From NCBI RefSeq assembly GCF_002305855.1, contig NZ_CP022163.1, forward strand, positions 6,811,765 to 6,875,764: a stretch of DNA of 64,000 bases, read 5' to 3'. The stretch comes from Melittangium boletus DSM 14713. Lineage in GTDB: Bacteria; Myxococcota; Myxococcia; Myxococcales; Myxococcaceae. The notes under the pieces were generated by a model that did no database searches, was not told the origin of the DNA, and saw only the letters and a list, made by a program, of their open reading frames with translations. Position 1 is the first letter of the stretch; the number at the start of each line of letters is the position of its first letter. Shown in pieces: positions 56,401 through 64,000 of the stretch. The position numbers and the translations under genes were made by a program.

Positions 56401-57917
56401 CCGAGCGCGAGCTGCGGGCCTTCGCGGAAGAGTCCCTGACGGGAGCCCGCGCGGAGGCGGAGTCCGAGCGCGAGCAGCGGGCCGGAATCGCCCGGTCCCT
56501 GGCCTTCCTCCAGGAAGAGCTCGGCGCCGAGCAGCGGCGGCGCGTCGAGTCCGAGGCGTCGCTGGCGGAGAAGGACGCGGAGCTGGAATCCGAGCGTGAA
56601 CAGCGCGCCCGCGCCGAGGAGTCGCTGTCGCTCCTCCAGACGGAGCTGAGCGACGAGCGGCGTCAGCGCTCGGACGCGGGAGATTCCCTGGCGACGCTGG
56701 AGATGGGGCTGGCGCGGGAGCGCGAGGCCCGGGCCCGTGCCGAGCAGGCCCTGGCGGCCGTCCAGGGCGAACTGGACGCGGAGCGAGCGACCCTCGGCGC
56801 ACAGCTCGATTCGGAGCGGGCGGGCAAGGCGCGCGTCGAAGCGTCCCGGGCCAAGGTCCAGGCGGAGCTGGGGGCCGAGCGGAAGCAGCGGGCCGAGCTC
56901 GAGGAATCGCTCGCCTCCATGAGCGCCGCGTGGGACGTGGAGCGCGAGGCGAGGGCGCGGGCCGAGGAGTCGTTGGGCGTCGCCAAGGCGGACCTGGAGG
57001 CCGCGCTCGCGGCCTCGGCGGCCCGGGCGCGGGAGTCGCTGGAGCTCGTCCAGGCGGAGTTGGAGACCGAGCGGCGGCAGCGCGCCGAAATGGAGGGGCT
57101 GTTCGCGGCGGAGCGGGAGGAGGCCGACACGCTCCTGTCCTCGGTTCGCGCCGAACTGGAGTCCGCCCGGAGCGAGCGGCCCGTGCTGGAGGCGTCGTTG
57201 GCGGAGCGGAAGCAGCTCGTCGAATCGCTCCAGGCCCGTCTGGCGTCGGAGCAGGAGACCCTCGCCGCCACCCAGGCGCGCGAAGCCGCCACCGCCGCCG
57301 AGCGCGAGGCCCGCAAGCGCGAAGCGGTGGAGTACCGGATGGATCTGGAGGGACTGCGGGAGGACCTGGCCAAGAAGGACGCGGAGGTCGCGGCGCTGCG
57401 CCCCCAACTGGCCGAACTCGATGCCTTCCGGTTCCAGGCCCACCAGGCCTCGATGGCGCTCCAGCAGGCCCACATGGGCCTGCGCGAGCGGGATCTGCTC
57501 GTCCAGAACCTCCAGAAGGAGCTGTCCGAGACCCAGGCCCGGCTGTCCTCGGAGACCGAGCACCTGGACCTGCTCTCGGTGAAGCTCGAGGCCGCGCGCC
57601 GCATCGCGGGCAAGGCCACCTCGCTGGAGACCGCGCTGGAGGAGGAGCGCGCGGCGCTCGGTTCCACGCGGGAACTGCTCGCGGGGCTCGAGGTGGAGAA
57701 CGCCCGGCTCGTCTCCGAGCTCGCGGCGGCCGAGGAGGCCCGGGCCCGGGCGGAACAGGACACGGTGAGGCCGGCGCGGGAGGCGGATTCCGTCCAGGAC
57801 ATCTACGCGCGGGCCCACGCCGAGATCAACGCGGTGAAGAATGAGTTGCTTCGCCGCCCCAAGGGGGGCACACCGCCCACTACCGCCGCCTCCTCGAAAC
57901 CCGAGGAACCAGGCTGA
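53451..57917 (+). CDS. Giant coiled-coil protein (1488 aa): N-terminal degenerate class-I methyltransferase-like domain followed by about 1230 aa of E/A/R/L-rich heptad-repeat coiled coil
   Basis: N-terminal VLEVDAVATTGGESARFLLERGARSVVACDANL...FDLVLVADL, Rossmann-like but lacking GxGxG. The remainder is continuous coiled-coil-type sequence with internal tandem repeats. The antisense ORF 53346..58490 was rejected. Confidence 0.7.
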   Translation: MHPTFRRLGTSELLPRYIFAESLFARRRVLEVDAVATTGGESARFLLERGARSVVACDANLQAVEAAHKAHGGPTLRYRANVYDDLEPGSFDLVLVADLAPYVRAPLLLAELTRLVGRQGHLIGGLRNVAGLALWQLMEVEEGAPPTYGQLLDALSPHFPHVEVATQSPVLGYQLAFEKGDGLQVDGTLIRGGEAAYFVVVAGQDPARVVDPTWVQLPPEPLAFTRGKLDEVAQRGKGWEERAGRLKESLTRVRAELTEREAEVVELKPALEVAREDVARLSAQLELARGSPESARERDELSSRLRRTGLELQVAQERLADADRRLAQQRLEVESAERARKESEVQALAAQEGVRLERARREELNASLEEVRERLTQAYAEQRELRDELAGLRVDREKDRLAAERAREQAEALRRDMESAREREVRLAEQHSAALAAVELLKSDVARAEQAREESEKSLRLQDADVSRLTREVDSLARRASAAEAARGEAEVSLTAREAELRGLTTELTSARAERERLSAEVQDGARTQAHARAMAARLEQELHEARAQLSSQEEARVRAAVELEETLEEERQQAEERLARALTEERARTEEASAEASRERAAREALEQREAELEQRLRVAEASREETLRAVSTLKAQRQGWLDEHGKLRRRVAEAEATLAELERARAVDMESISRLDTELQATQGRITAEQEARVGAEVERDQAQLELTQEQEARARLEDSLAQGQSELAVERQRLFELQATVSSARAELKAEHQRRVQAEEAGANSLAALEAERQQRTQVDETLAETRIALEAEQGARSASEGALLQAREEAEAAREHRERIARELERIQDELEAEQQQRSGTEVSLAGTEGELEAERERRTFAEESLAGVRAELESEREQRSRSEQALAHVRAEVEAGQQRLAEVEASLAEKDAEVEAGQKRLVEVEASLAEKDAEVEVGQQRFAEVEASLAEKDAEVEAGQRRLAEVEVALAEKDAEVESERELRAFAEESLTGARAEAESEREQRAGIARSLAFLQEELGAEQRRRVESEASLAEKDAELESEREQRARAEESLSLLQTELSDERRQRSDAGDSLATLEMGLAREREARARAEQALAAVQGELDAERATLGAQLDSERAGKARVEASRAKVQAELGAERKQRAELEESLASMSAAWDVEREARARAEESLGVAKADLEAALAASAARARESLELVQAELETERRQRAEMEGLFAAEREEADTLLSSVRAELESARSERPVLEASLAERKQLVESLQARLASEQETLAATQAREAATAAEREARKREAVEYRMDLEGLREDLAKKDAEVAALRPQLAELDAFRFQAHQASMALQQAHMGLRERDLLVQNLQKELSETQARLSSETEHLDLLSVKLEAARRIAGKATSLETALEEERAALGSTRELLAGLEVENARLVSELAAAEEARARAEQDTVRPAREADSVQDIYARAHAEINAVKNELLRRPKGGTPPTTAASSKPEEPG
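56136..56400. repeat. 60-bp tandem repeat, about 4.4 copies, encoding AEVEAGQQRLAEVEASLAEKD units inside the coiled-coil gene
   Basis: Near-identical consecutive 60-mers (GAGGTGGAGGCCGGGCAGCAACGGCTCGCCGAGGTCGAGGCGTCGCTGGCGGAGAAGGACGCG) seen in sequence. Confidence 0.6.
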
Positions 57918-57932
57918 CGCGGGTCTCCGCCC

Positions 57933-58784
<852 letters not shown>

Positions 58785-58823
58785 CCTGCGGGTCTTCCAC
58801 TCCTGATCGCCGAGTCCCCCTCC

Positions 58824-60674
58824 GTGGCCGGTCCCATCCTCGTCGTCGACGACGACAACTTCTTCCGGCAGCTCGCCTCCGACATGCTCACCAAGCGGGG
58901 CTACCGCGTCGTCACCGCGGAGAGCGCCGCCCAGGCACTGGAGGAGGTGGGCCGTACGCCCTTCGATCTCGTCATCACCGATGTGGTGATGCCGGGCATG
59001 GACGGCATCGCGCTCACCGAGAAGCTGCGCGAGCGCGATCCTGAACAGGAGGTGGTGCTCGTCAGCACGCGCACGGACGTGAAGGGCTCCGCCATGGCCT
59101 TGAGCGTGGGCGTGTCCGTCGTGCTCACCAAGCCCGTGGACGAGGCGGATCTCCTCCTGGCCGCCGAGCGCTGCACGGAGCGCGCCCAGCTGCGCCGCGA
59201 GCGCGCCCAGCTCCAGAACGAGAACCTGGAGTTCACCCGCTACCAGGACCTGCACCAGCGCTGCCTGGAGTTCCTGTCCCAGCCGGACCTCGAGTGGTTG
59301 CAGGAGCGCGTGGCCGCCGAGCTGGCCTCCGTGTGCGACGCCCAGAGCGCCGCCCTGTGGATCGCCGACGATCGGGGCAACCTGATGCTGCGCGCCTACC
59401 GGGGCCTGTTGGATCGCCACTTCCTCGCGGAGCGGCTCAGCACGGAAGGTCCGCTCGGCAACCGCATGCGCGAGGCCCTGCCCTGGGTCGCCCGCGACGG
59501 CAAGTCCCCCATCCTCTATGTGCCCTTCATCAGCAATGGCGAGCTGATGGGCCTGGCGCAGCTGTCGGATCCGCTCGCCGGGGACTTCCGCATCGAGCAC
59601 CTGCGCTACGCGAAGATCCTCGGGGACTCCGCCGCGGTGGGCGTGAAGAACGGCCGGCGGATGCTGGCGTTGCAGCGGCTGGGCCTGCGCGATCGCGACA
59701 CCGCCGCGTACAACCTCAGCTACTTCACCGACTACGCCTCCAAGGAAATCTACAAGGCGCGCCGCTACGGGCGCATGTTCTCGCTCTTGACGTTCTCCGT
59801 GGACAACCTGCCGCTCGTGCGTCTGCGCCTGGGGCCCACGGAGGCCAAGCTCGCGGTGCGCGGCATCATCAAGGCGCTCTCGCGCATCGTCCGGGACTCG
59901 GACGTCATCGCCAAGGCGAGCGAACAGGAGTTCTACCTGCTCCTGCCGGAGACGGACTTCTTCGGGGCCATGATGTTCGTGCGCCGCGCGCTGGCCGCCG
60001 TGCGCGAGGAGCCCGAGGCCCAGGAAGTGGAGGCGCGGCTGCCGCTCGCGCTGGTGGGTGGGGCGAGCACCTTCCCCAAGGATGGCGAGGACTTCGACGA
60101 GTTGATGTACCGCTGCCGCCGGCGCATGGACGAGCGCCGGGCGTCCCTGCAGCGCAAGCTGATGCTCGACACGCTGCCCTTCTGGGACGAGGTGGAGCTG
60201 CTGTTGGGCAATGCCTCCAGTCCCAAGCTGCCGGTGGAGGAGCACGCCGAGCCCTCGCGCCGGGGCAAGGTGTCCGACGTGCTCTTCGACGAGCTGCAGG
60301 CGGAGATCGCCCGCGAGCTGATGCGCGACCCGAGTTCTCGCGGACTGCTCTACGTGGGCGGGCCGGAGATCCGCTCGGATCTGCCCATCGCGCAGGGGCT
60401 GGAGTCGGCCTCGCCCGACATGGCCTCGCGCATCTACCTGCTGGGGCGGCGCGTGGACCTGGAGTCGCACCGCGCCCTCACGCCCGTGTTCCTGGAGGGG
60501 GACGAGCGCATGGGCCGCCATGAGTTCATCCTCTGGCTGTCGGAGAACGCCGCCTACGCGCTCATCCAGCGCCGCGGACTCGGCGCCACCTGGGGCTTCC
60601 ACTCGTCCGACACCGCCGTGGTGGATGGGCTCATCACCCGCCTGCAGGCCGAATACGACCTGCAGCCGTACTGA
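58824..60674 (+). CDS. Response regulator with REC, GAF and degenerate GGDEF (SEQEF) domains
   Basis: REC ILVVDDD...DLVITDVVMPGMDG; the GGDEF-like region has its signature replaced by ...AKASEQEF; GTG start. Confidence 0.7.
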   Translation: MAGPILVVDDDNFFRQLASDMLTKRGYRVVTAESAAQALEEVGRTPFDLVITDVVMPGMDGIALTEKLRERDPEQEVVLVSTRTDVKGSAMALSVGVSVVLTKPVDEADLLLAAERCTERAQLRRERAQLQNENLEFTRYQDLHQRCLEFLSQPDLEWLQERVAAELASVCDAQSAALWIADDRGNLMLRAYRGLLDRHFLAERLSTEGPLGNRMREALPWVARDGKSPILYVPFISNGELMGLAQLSDPLAGDFRIEHLRYAKILGDSAAVGVKNGRRMLALQRLGLRDRDTAAYNLSYFTDYASKEIYKARRYGRMFSLLTFSVDNLPLVRLRLGPTEAKLAVRGIIKALSRIVRDSDVIAKASEQEFYLLLPETDFFGAMMFVRRALAAVREEPEAQEVEARLPLALVGGASTFPKDGEDFDELMYRCRRRMDERRASLQRKLMLDTLPFWDEVELLLGNASSPKLPVEEHAEPSRRGKVSDVLFDELQAEIARELMRDPSSRGLLYVGGPEIRSDLPIAQGLESASPDMASRIYLLGRRVDLESHRALTPVFLEGDERMGRHEFILWLSENAAYALIQRRGLGATWGFHSSDTAVVDGLITRLQAEYDLQPY

Positions 60675-60688
60675 CTCGCGGAGCTTCC

Positions 60689-62194
60689 TTGGCCCAGGTC
60701 CGAAAAATCCTCATCGCCGACCCCGACCTCGAGTCCGTCCGCCCCCTGTCGCGCGCCCTGCGCACCCGGGGCTACCAGGTGCACTACGCGCCGGATGGCT
60801 CGCGGGCCCTGGAGGTCGCCGTGCTGCGCCACCCGGATCTCATCCTCTTCGATGAGGCGTGCCGGATGCTGGACGCGCGCACCTTCATCAACATCCTGCA
60901 CACCAACCCGCGCACGGATGACATCCCCGTCGTGGTCTCCACCAGCCAGCTCGAGGCCGACAAGATGCGCGGCCTGCGCGATGGCTTCCTGCGCAAGCCC
61001 TTCAACCTGGATGAAGTGCTCTCGCGCATCGAGCACGTCTTCCGGCGCAGCGAGGCGGCCAAGGATCTCAAGAGCGAGGTCCAGGAGATCGAAGGCTCGC
61101 TCAGTCAGCTGAGCATCCCGGACCTGATGCAGATCCTCGGGATGAACAAGCGCAGCGGGAAGCTGACGCTGGAGAAGGGCAACGATCGCGGGGAGATCGT
61201 CGTGGTGGAGGGCCGCCCGTTCAACGCCCGGGCCGGCCGCGCCGAGGGCGAGAAGGCCCTCTTCCGGCTCCTGGTGTGGACCGAGGGCACGTTCACCTTC
61301 GCGCCCGGCAACACGTCCGGCAAGCCCCGCATCCAGCGCCCCATGGACAGCGCCCTGCTGGAGGCGATGCGGCAGGCGGACGAGGTGAACCGGCTGCTGC
61401 CCGGACTGCCGCCGCGCAACACCCGGCTGGTGCTCGCGCCGGACGCGGATCTGCAACAGGACCAGCACCCGGTGACGGCGCAGGTGGTGGAGCTGCTGCG
61501 CCAGCCCCGCGCCGTGAGCGAGGTGTTGGACCTGGCGCCCGCCACGGATCTGGAAGTGGTGGGGGTGCTGCACACGCTCCTGCAGAAGGGCGTGGCCCGC
61601 ATGGCCGAGGGCGATGCCGACGCGGGGGTCAGCGCGCCCCTGCTCGCGCCCGCCGAGCTGCACGCGCTGCGCGGCCGCATCCTCCGGGGCCGGGGCGTGT
61701 CGCGCGATGCCACGGCGAAGCTCTTCGTGTGTGGCAGTGGTCCGGCGGTGGCCCGGCGGGTGCTCTCCCAGTTGGCGGAGCTCGCCGCGGTGGCCGCCGA
61801 GCCGCCCGCGGTGCGCAGTGGTTTCGGCACGCTGGGCCGCATGGAGCTCAACGAGCTGCTGCACCTGGACTTCTGCGTGCTGCCCCCGGCGGAGGCGGCC
61901 CGGCCCTTGTGGCGGCCGTTCAGCGCCGGGGCGGTGGGGGCGCTCTTGTTCGACACCACGGAGGCGGCGGTGAAGCTGGCCCACTTCCTGGCGTGGGACA
62001 TCCGCCTGCCCGTGGTGGTGCTGGGCCACGAGGTGCCCCAGGAACTCCAGGACGCGCCCGCGGGCTCCGTCAGCGTGGGGGAGGATCTCAAGGACGCCCT
62101 GCGCAGCCTGCTCGTCCTGGCGCTCAACCCCACGCCCCTGTCGCCCGGCATTCCGCTGCCGCCGTCCGCGCGCTCCGCGTCCACGGCGCCGTAG
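60689..62194 (+). CDS. Response-regulator receiver plus PATAN/DUF4388 domain protein with a C-terminal degenerate P-loop/Roadblock-like region
   Basis: REC KILIADPD...; DUF4388-like SLSQLSIPDLMQILGMNKRSGKLTL...GEIVVVEGRPFNA...LLVWTEGTFTF; C-terminal KLFVCGSGPAVARRV; TTG start. Confidence 0.6.
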   Translation: MAQVRKILIADPDLESVRPLSRALRTRGYQVHYAPDGSRALEVAVLRHPDLILFDEACRMLDARTFINILHTNPRTDDIPVVVSTSQLEADKMRGLRDGFLRKPFNLDEVLSRIEHVFRRSEAAKDLKSEVQEIEGSLSQLSIPDLMQILGMNKRSGKLTLEKGNDRGEIVVVEGRPFNARAGRAEGEKALFRLLVWTEGTFTFAPGNTSGKPRIQRPMDSALLEAMRQADEVNRLLPGLPPRNTRLVLAPDADLQQDQHPVTAQVVELLRQPRAVSEVLDLAPATDLEVVGVLHTLLQKGVARMAEGDADAGVSAPLLAPAELHALRGRILRGRGVSRDATAKLFVCGSGPAVARRVLSQLAELAAVAAEPPAVRSGFGTLGRMELNELLHLDFCVLPPAEAARPLWRPFSAGAVGALLFDTTEAAVKLAHFLAWDIRLPVVVLGHEVPQELQDAPAGSVSVGEDLKDALRSLLVLALNPTPLSPGIPLPPSARSASTAP

Positions 62195-62215
62195 GGGCGC
62201 CAGGGCGGGGTCCTC

Positions 62216-62551
62216 TCAGAGGTCGCCCTTCAGGGCCTCGCTCACGCCGGGGAGCTGGGCGAGCAGTTCCAGCTCCGCCTTCTTGAGATGGGACACGCGG
62301 CGGCCCGCGATGCGCTCGAAGTGCAGCTCGATGCGGTGCTCGCCCGCGGGGTCGACGTGACGGAAGAGCCGGGCCCGCCGCCCCTCGCGCACGCACGCGA
62401 GGATGTCCTGGTGGAGGCTCTTCAAGCGTCTCGACACCTTGAGCGCCAGGCGGCCCTCGGGCGTGTCGAACGTGTGGAAGTGGCGGTTGCGCGACAGGGG
62501 ACGCGCTGGGTCATGGAGCCTCTCCACGAGGCGCCGCACGAATGGGTCCAT
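62216..62551 (-). CDS. Hypothetical small protein
   Basis: Start at the internal Met MDPFVRRL of ORF 62216..62665; good codon bias. Confidence 0.35.
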   Translation of the reverse strand: MDPFVRRLVERLHDPARPLSRNRHFHTFDTPEGRLALKVSRRLKSLHQDILACVREGRRARLFRHVDPAGEHRIELHFERIAGRRVSHLKKAELELLAQLPGVSEALKGDL

Positions 62552-62591
62552 CGACGAGGCAGGATAACATCCGCTACCCTGTATCTCAGCG

Positions 62592-63914
62592 ATGCATTTG
62601 AGACTCCTTCGCCCGTTCTGGGCCCTACCACTGTTGCTGTCGCTCGCCTGCAAGGACGCCGACACCCGCTCCGCCAGCTCCCAGGAGCAGAAGTTCCAAG
62701 CGAAGATGGACGAGGGGCGCGCCCTGATGGCCAGCGATCAGCCCGCGCTGGCCGCGAAGTCCTTCATGCAGGCCTCGGGGATGGCGCCGGACCGCACCGA
62801 GCCCCTGCTCCAGCTGTCCGAGGCCCACCACCGCGCGGGCAACTCGGGCGCGGCCATCCTGGCGCTCAAGCAGGCCATGTCCGTCAACCCCGCGGAGACG
62901 CCCGACATCAAGCGCAAGCTGGCCGATCGCTACGAGCGGGACGGCCTTCCGCGCCAGGCCATCGCCGTCCTGCTGGAGATGCGCGAGGCGGAGCAGCTCG
63001 GGGACCTGGACCTGTTGCGGCTGGCGCACCTGCAGACGCGGGACGGCCAGCATGACGCCGCCTTCAAGACGCTGGAGCGCATCCAGAAGAACCGTCCGGA
63101 CGACGTGGACGCCAAGGTGGTGGAGGCGGAGATCCTCCTGGCCAAGGGCGAGGAGGTGCTGGCCGCCAAGCTGATGGACAGGCTCCTGCAGGAGCAGCCG
63201 GGGCTGACGGCGGCGCGGGTGCTGCGCGCGCGCTACTTCCTGCGCAGTGGTTACGCGGAGTACGCCCAGCAGGACCTGGAGCAGCTCGCGCCCGAGGTCT
63301 CCTTGCGCCCGGAGATCGTCACCCTGCGGGTGGAAGTGCTCTCGGCGTTGGATCGCCGTCCGGACGCGGAGAAGTTGCTCGTCCAGGCGGTGGGCCAGTA
63401 CCCGCAGAACGCGGACCTCCTCGCCCGGCTCGCCCAGACGCAGTTGGAGCTGGGCAACCCGACCGAGGCCCTGGCGCGAGTGGAGCAGGCGCTCCGGGCC
63501 CAACCCGGCTCCGCCCGGGCCCTGTATGTCCGGGGCCTCATCGCGGAGGCCGGGGGCGATCTCCCGCGCGCGAAGCGGGACTTCGGCATGGCGCTCGACG
63601 AGAACGGCCGCTTCATCCCCGCGCTCAACAAGCTCTGGCGCATCCACCGGCAGGCGGGCGAGCTGAACCTGGCGCGCGAGTCCCTGGAAAAGCTCGTGCT
63701 TCTGGGCGAGGGCTCCCTGGAGGACAAGGTGACGCTCGCGGAGATGTACGCGCAGAGCCGCACGCGCACGGACCAGGGCCTCAAGCTCATCGCCGAGGCG
63801 CTCAAGCAGGACTCCAAGAACGCGCACTACCTGGCCATCCAGCGGGACTTGAAGAAGGCGCTGCCCTCGAAGAAGCCCTCGGGGCCGGTCATCATGCGGG
63901 GCGGACGGCGCTGA
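62592..63914 (+). CDS. TPR-repeat lipoprotein
   Basis: Lipobox LLLSLAC; multiple TPR-like helical repeats. Confidence 0.6.
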   Translation: MHLRLLRPFWALPLLLSLACKDADTRSASSQEQKFQAKMDEGRALMASDQPALAAKSFMQASGMAPDRTEPLLQLSEAHHRAGNSGAAILALKQAMSVNPAETPDIKRKLADRYERDGLPRQAIAVLLEMREAEQLGDLDLLRLAHLQTRDGQHDAAFKTLERIQKNRPDDVDAKVVEAEILLAKGEEVLAAKLMDRLLQEQPGLTAARVLRARYFLRSGYAEYAQQDLEQLAPEVSLRPEIVTLRVEVLSALDRRPDAEKLLVQAVGQYPQNADLLARLAQTQLELGNPTEALARVEQALRAQPGSARALYVRGLIAEAGGDLPRAKRDFGMALDENGRFIPALNKLWRIHRQAGELNLARESLEKLVLLGEGSLEDKVTLAEMYAQSRTRTDQGLKLIAEALKQDSKNAHYLAIQRDLKKALPSKKPSGPVIMRGGRR

Positions 63915-63935
63915 GAGAGGACTCGGGTGCCGTGC

Positions 63936-64000
63936 TCAGCCGAGCGCGGCGAAGGGCCGCGCGTAGGCGACGGCGCCCTCGCGGGGAGACAGCTCCGGGC
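63936..64000 (-). CDS. 3' end of an unidentified minus-strand CDS that continues beyond the window
   Basis: Open frame ...PELSPREGAVAYARPFAALG*, with 19/20 G/C third positions; convergent with the TPR gene. Confidence 0.3.
   Translation of the reverse strand, partial: PELSPREGAVAYARPFAALG

Overview
This is a high-GC (about 68-70%) chromosomal segment with the hallmarks of a myxobacterium (Myxococcus/Corallococcus-like). It is densely packed with genes, strongly biased to G/C at third codon positions, and carries many lipoproteins and ser/thr-kinase and response-regulator signalling genes. I found no rRNA, tRNA, CRISPR array or mobile element. The large antisense ORFs in the six-frame track are GC-skew shadow ORFs, not genes.

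Gene content, left to right:
- A secreted di-haem (two CXXCH) DUF1111 peroxidase-like protein with an extra N-terminal beta-sandwich region.
- An Atl-type MGMT-like protein, an amidohydrolase, an RlmI-like methyltransferase, a Ser/Thr kinase and truA.
- A SUI1/YciH gene, then an XRE-cupin regulator converging on a 150-aa protein that is about 40% methionine and bracketed by two hairpins.
- A lipoprotein cluster that includes a RadC/JAB-motif lipoprotein and carries two identical 44-bp palindromic repeat copies.
- A 935-aa surface lipoprotein with seven tandem ~84-aa beta-sandwich repeats, next to an HmuY-like lipoprotein and a TonB-dependent receptor.
- A carbohydrate-utilisation island: a eukaryote-type UDP-sugar pyrophosphorylase, an M24-like protein, galactokinase, two lipoprotein GH43 hydrolases, a YtfQRT/YjfF-like furanose ABC transporter, an OprB/LamB-like porin, and a second sugar ABC transporter. 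Two promoters in the island share an AATTTGTT-NN-RTTTGTCG direct-repeat motif.
- Housekeeping genes: clpB, a small operon (DUF1844 protein plus an acidic peptide), thiE plus a C26 amidotransferase, dnaB (with a 20-Gly insertion), rplI-rpsR-rpsF, pth-ctc-prs-spoVG, tdk and hpt.
- A YjbR/MmcQ protein with a histone-H1-like tail that overlaps an ATP-grasp gene.
- A 1488-aa protein that is mostly coiled coil, with internal 60-bp tandem repeats and a degenerate methyltransferase-like N-terminal domain.
- After the 1488-aa coiled-coil gene: dapF, a REC-GAF-GGDEF* regulator, a REC-PATAN (DUF4388) regulator, and a TPR lipoprotein.

The most notable candidates are the Met-rich/Cys-tailed low-complexity gene, the coiled-coil plus two-response-regulator module, the repeat lipoprotein with HmuY and TonB receptor, and the shared operator-like motif of the sugar island.

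All coordinates come from the ORF track plus amino-acid offsets. Hairpin and motif coordinates are approximate, give or take a few nt.
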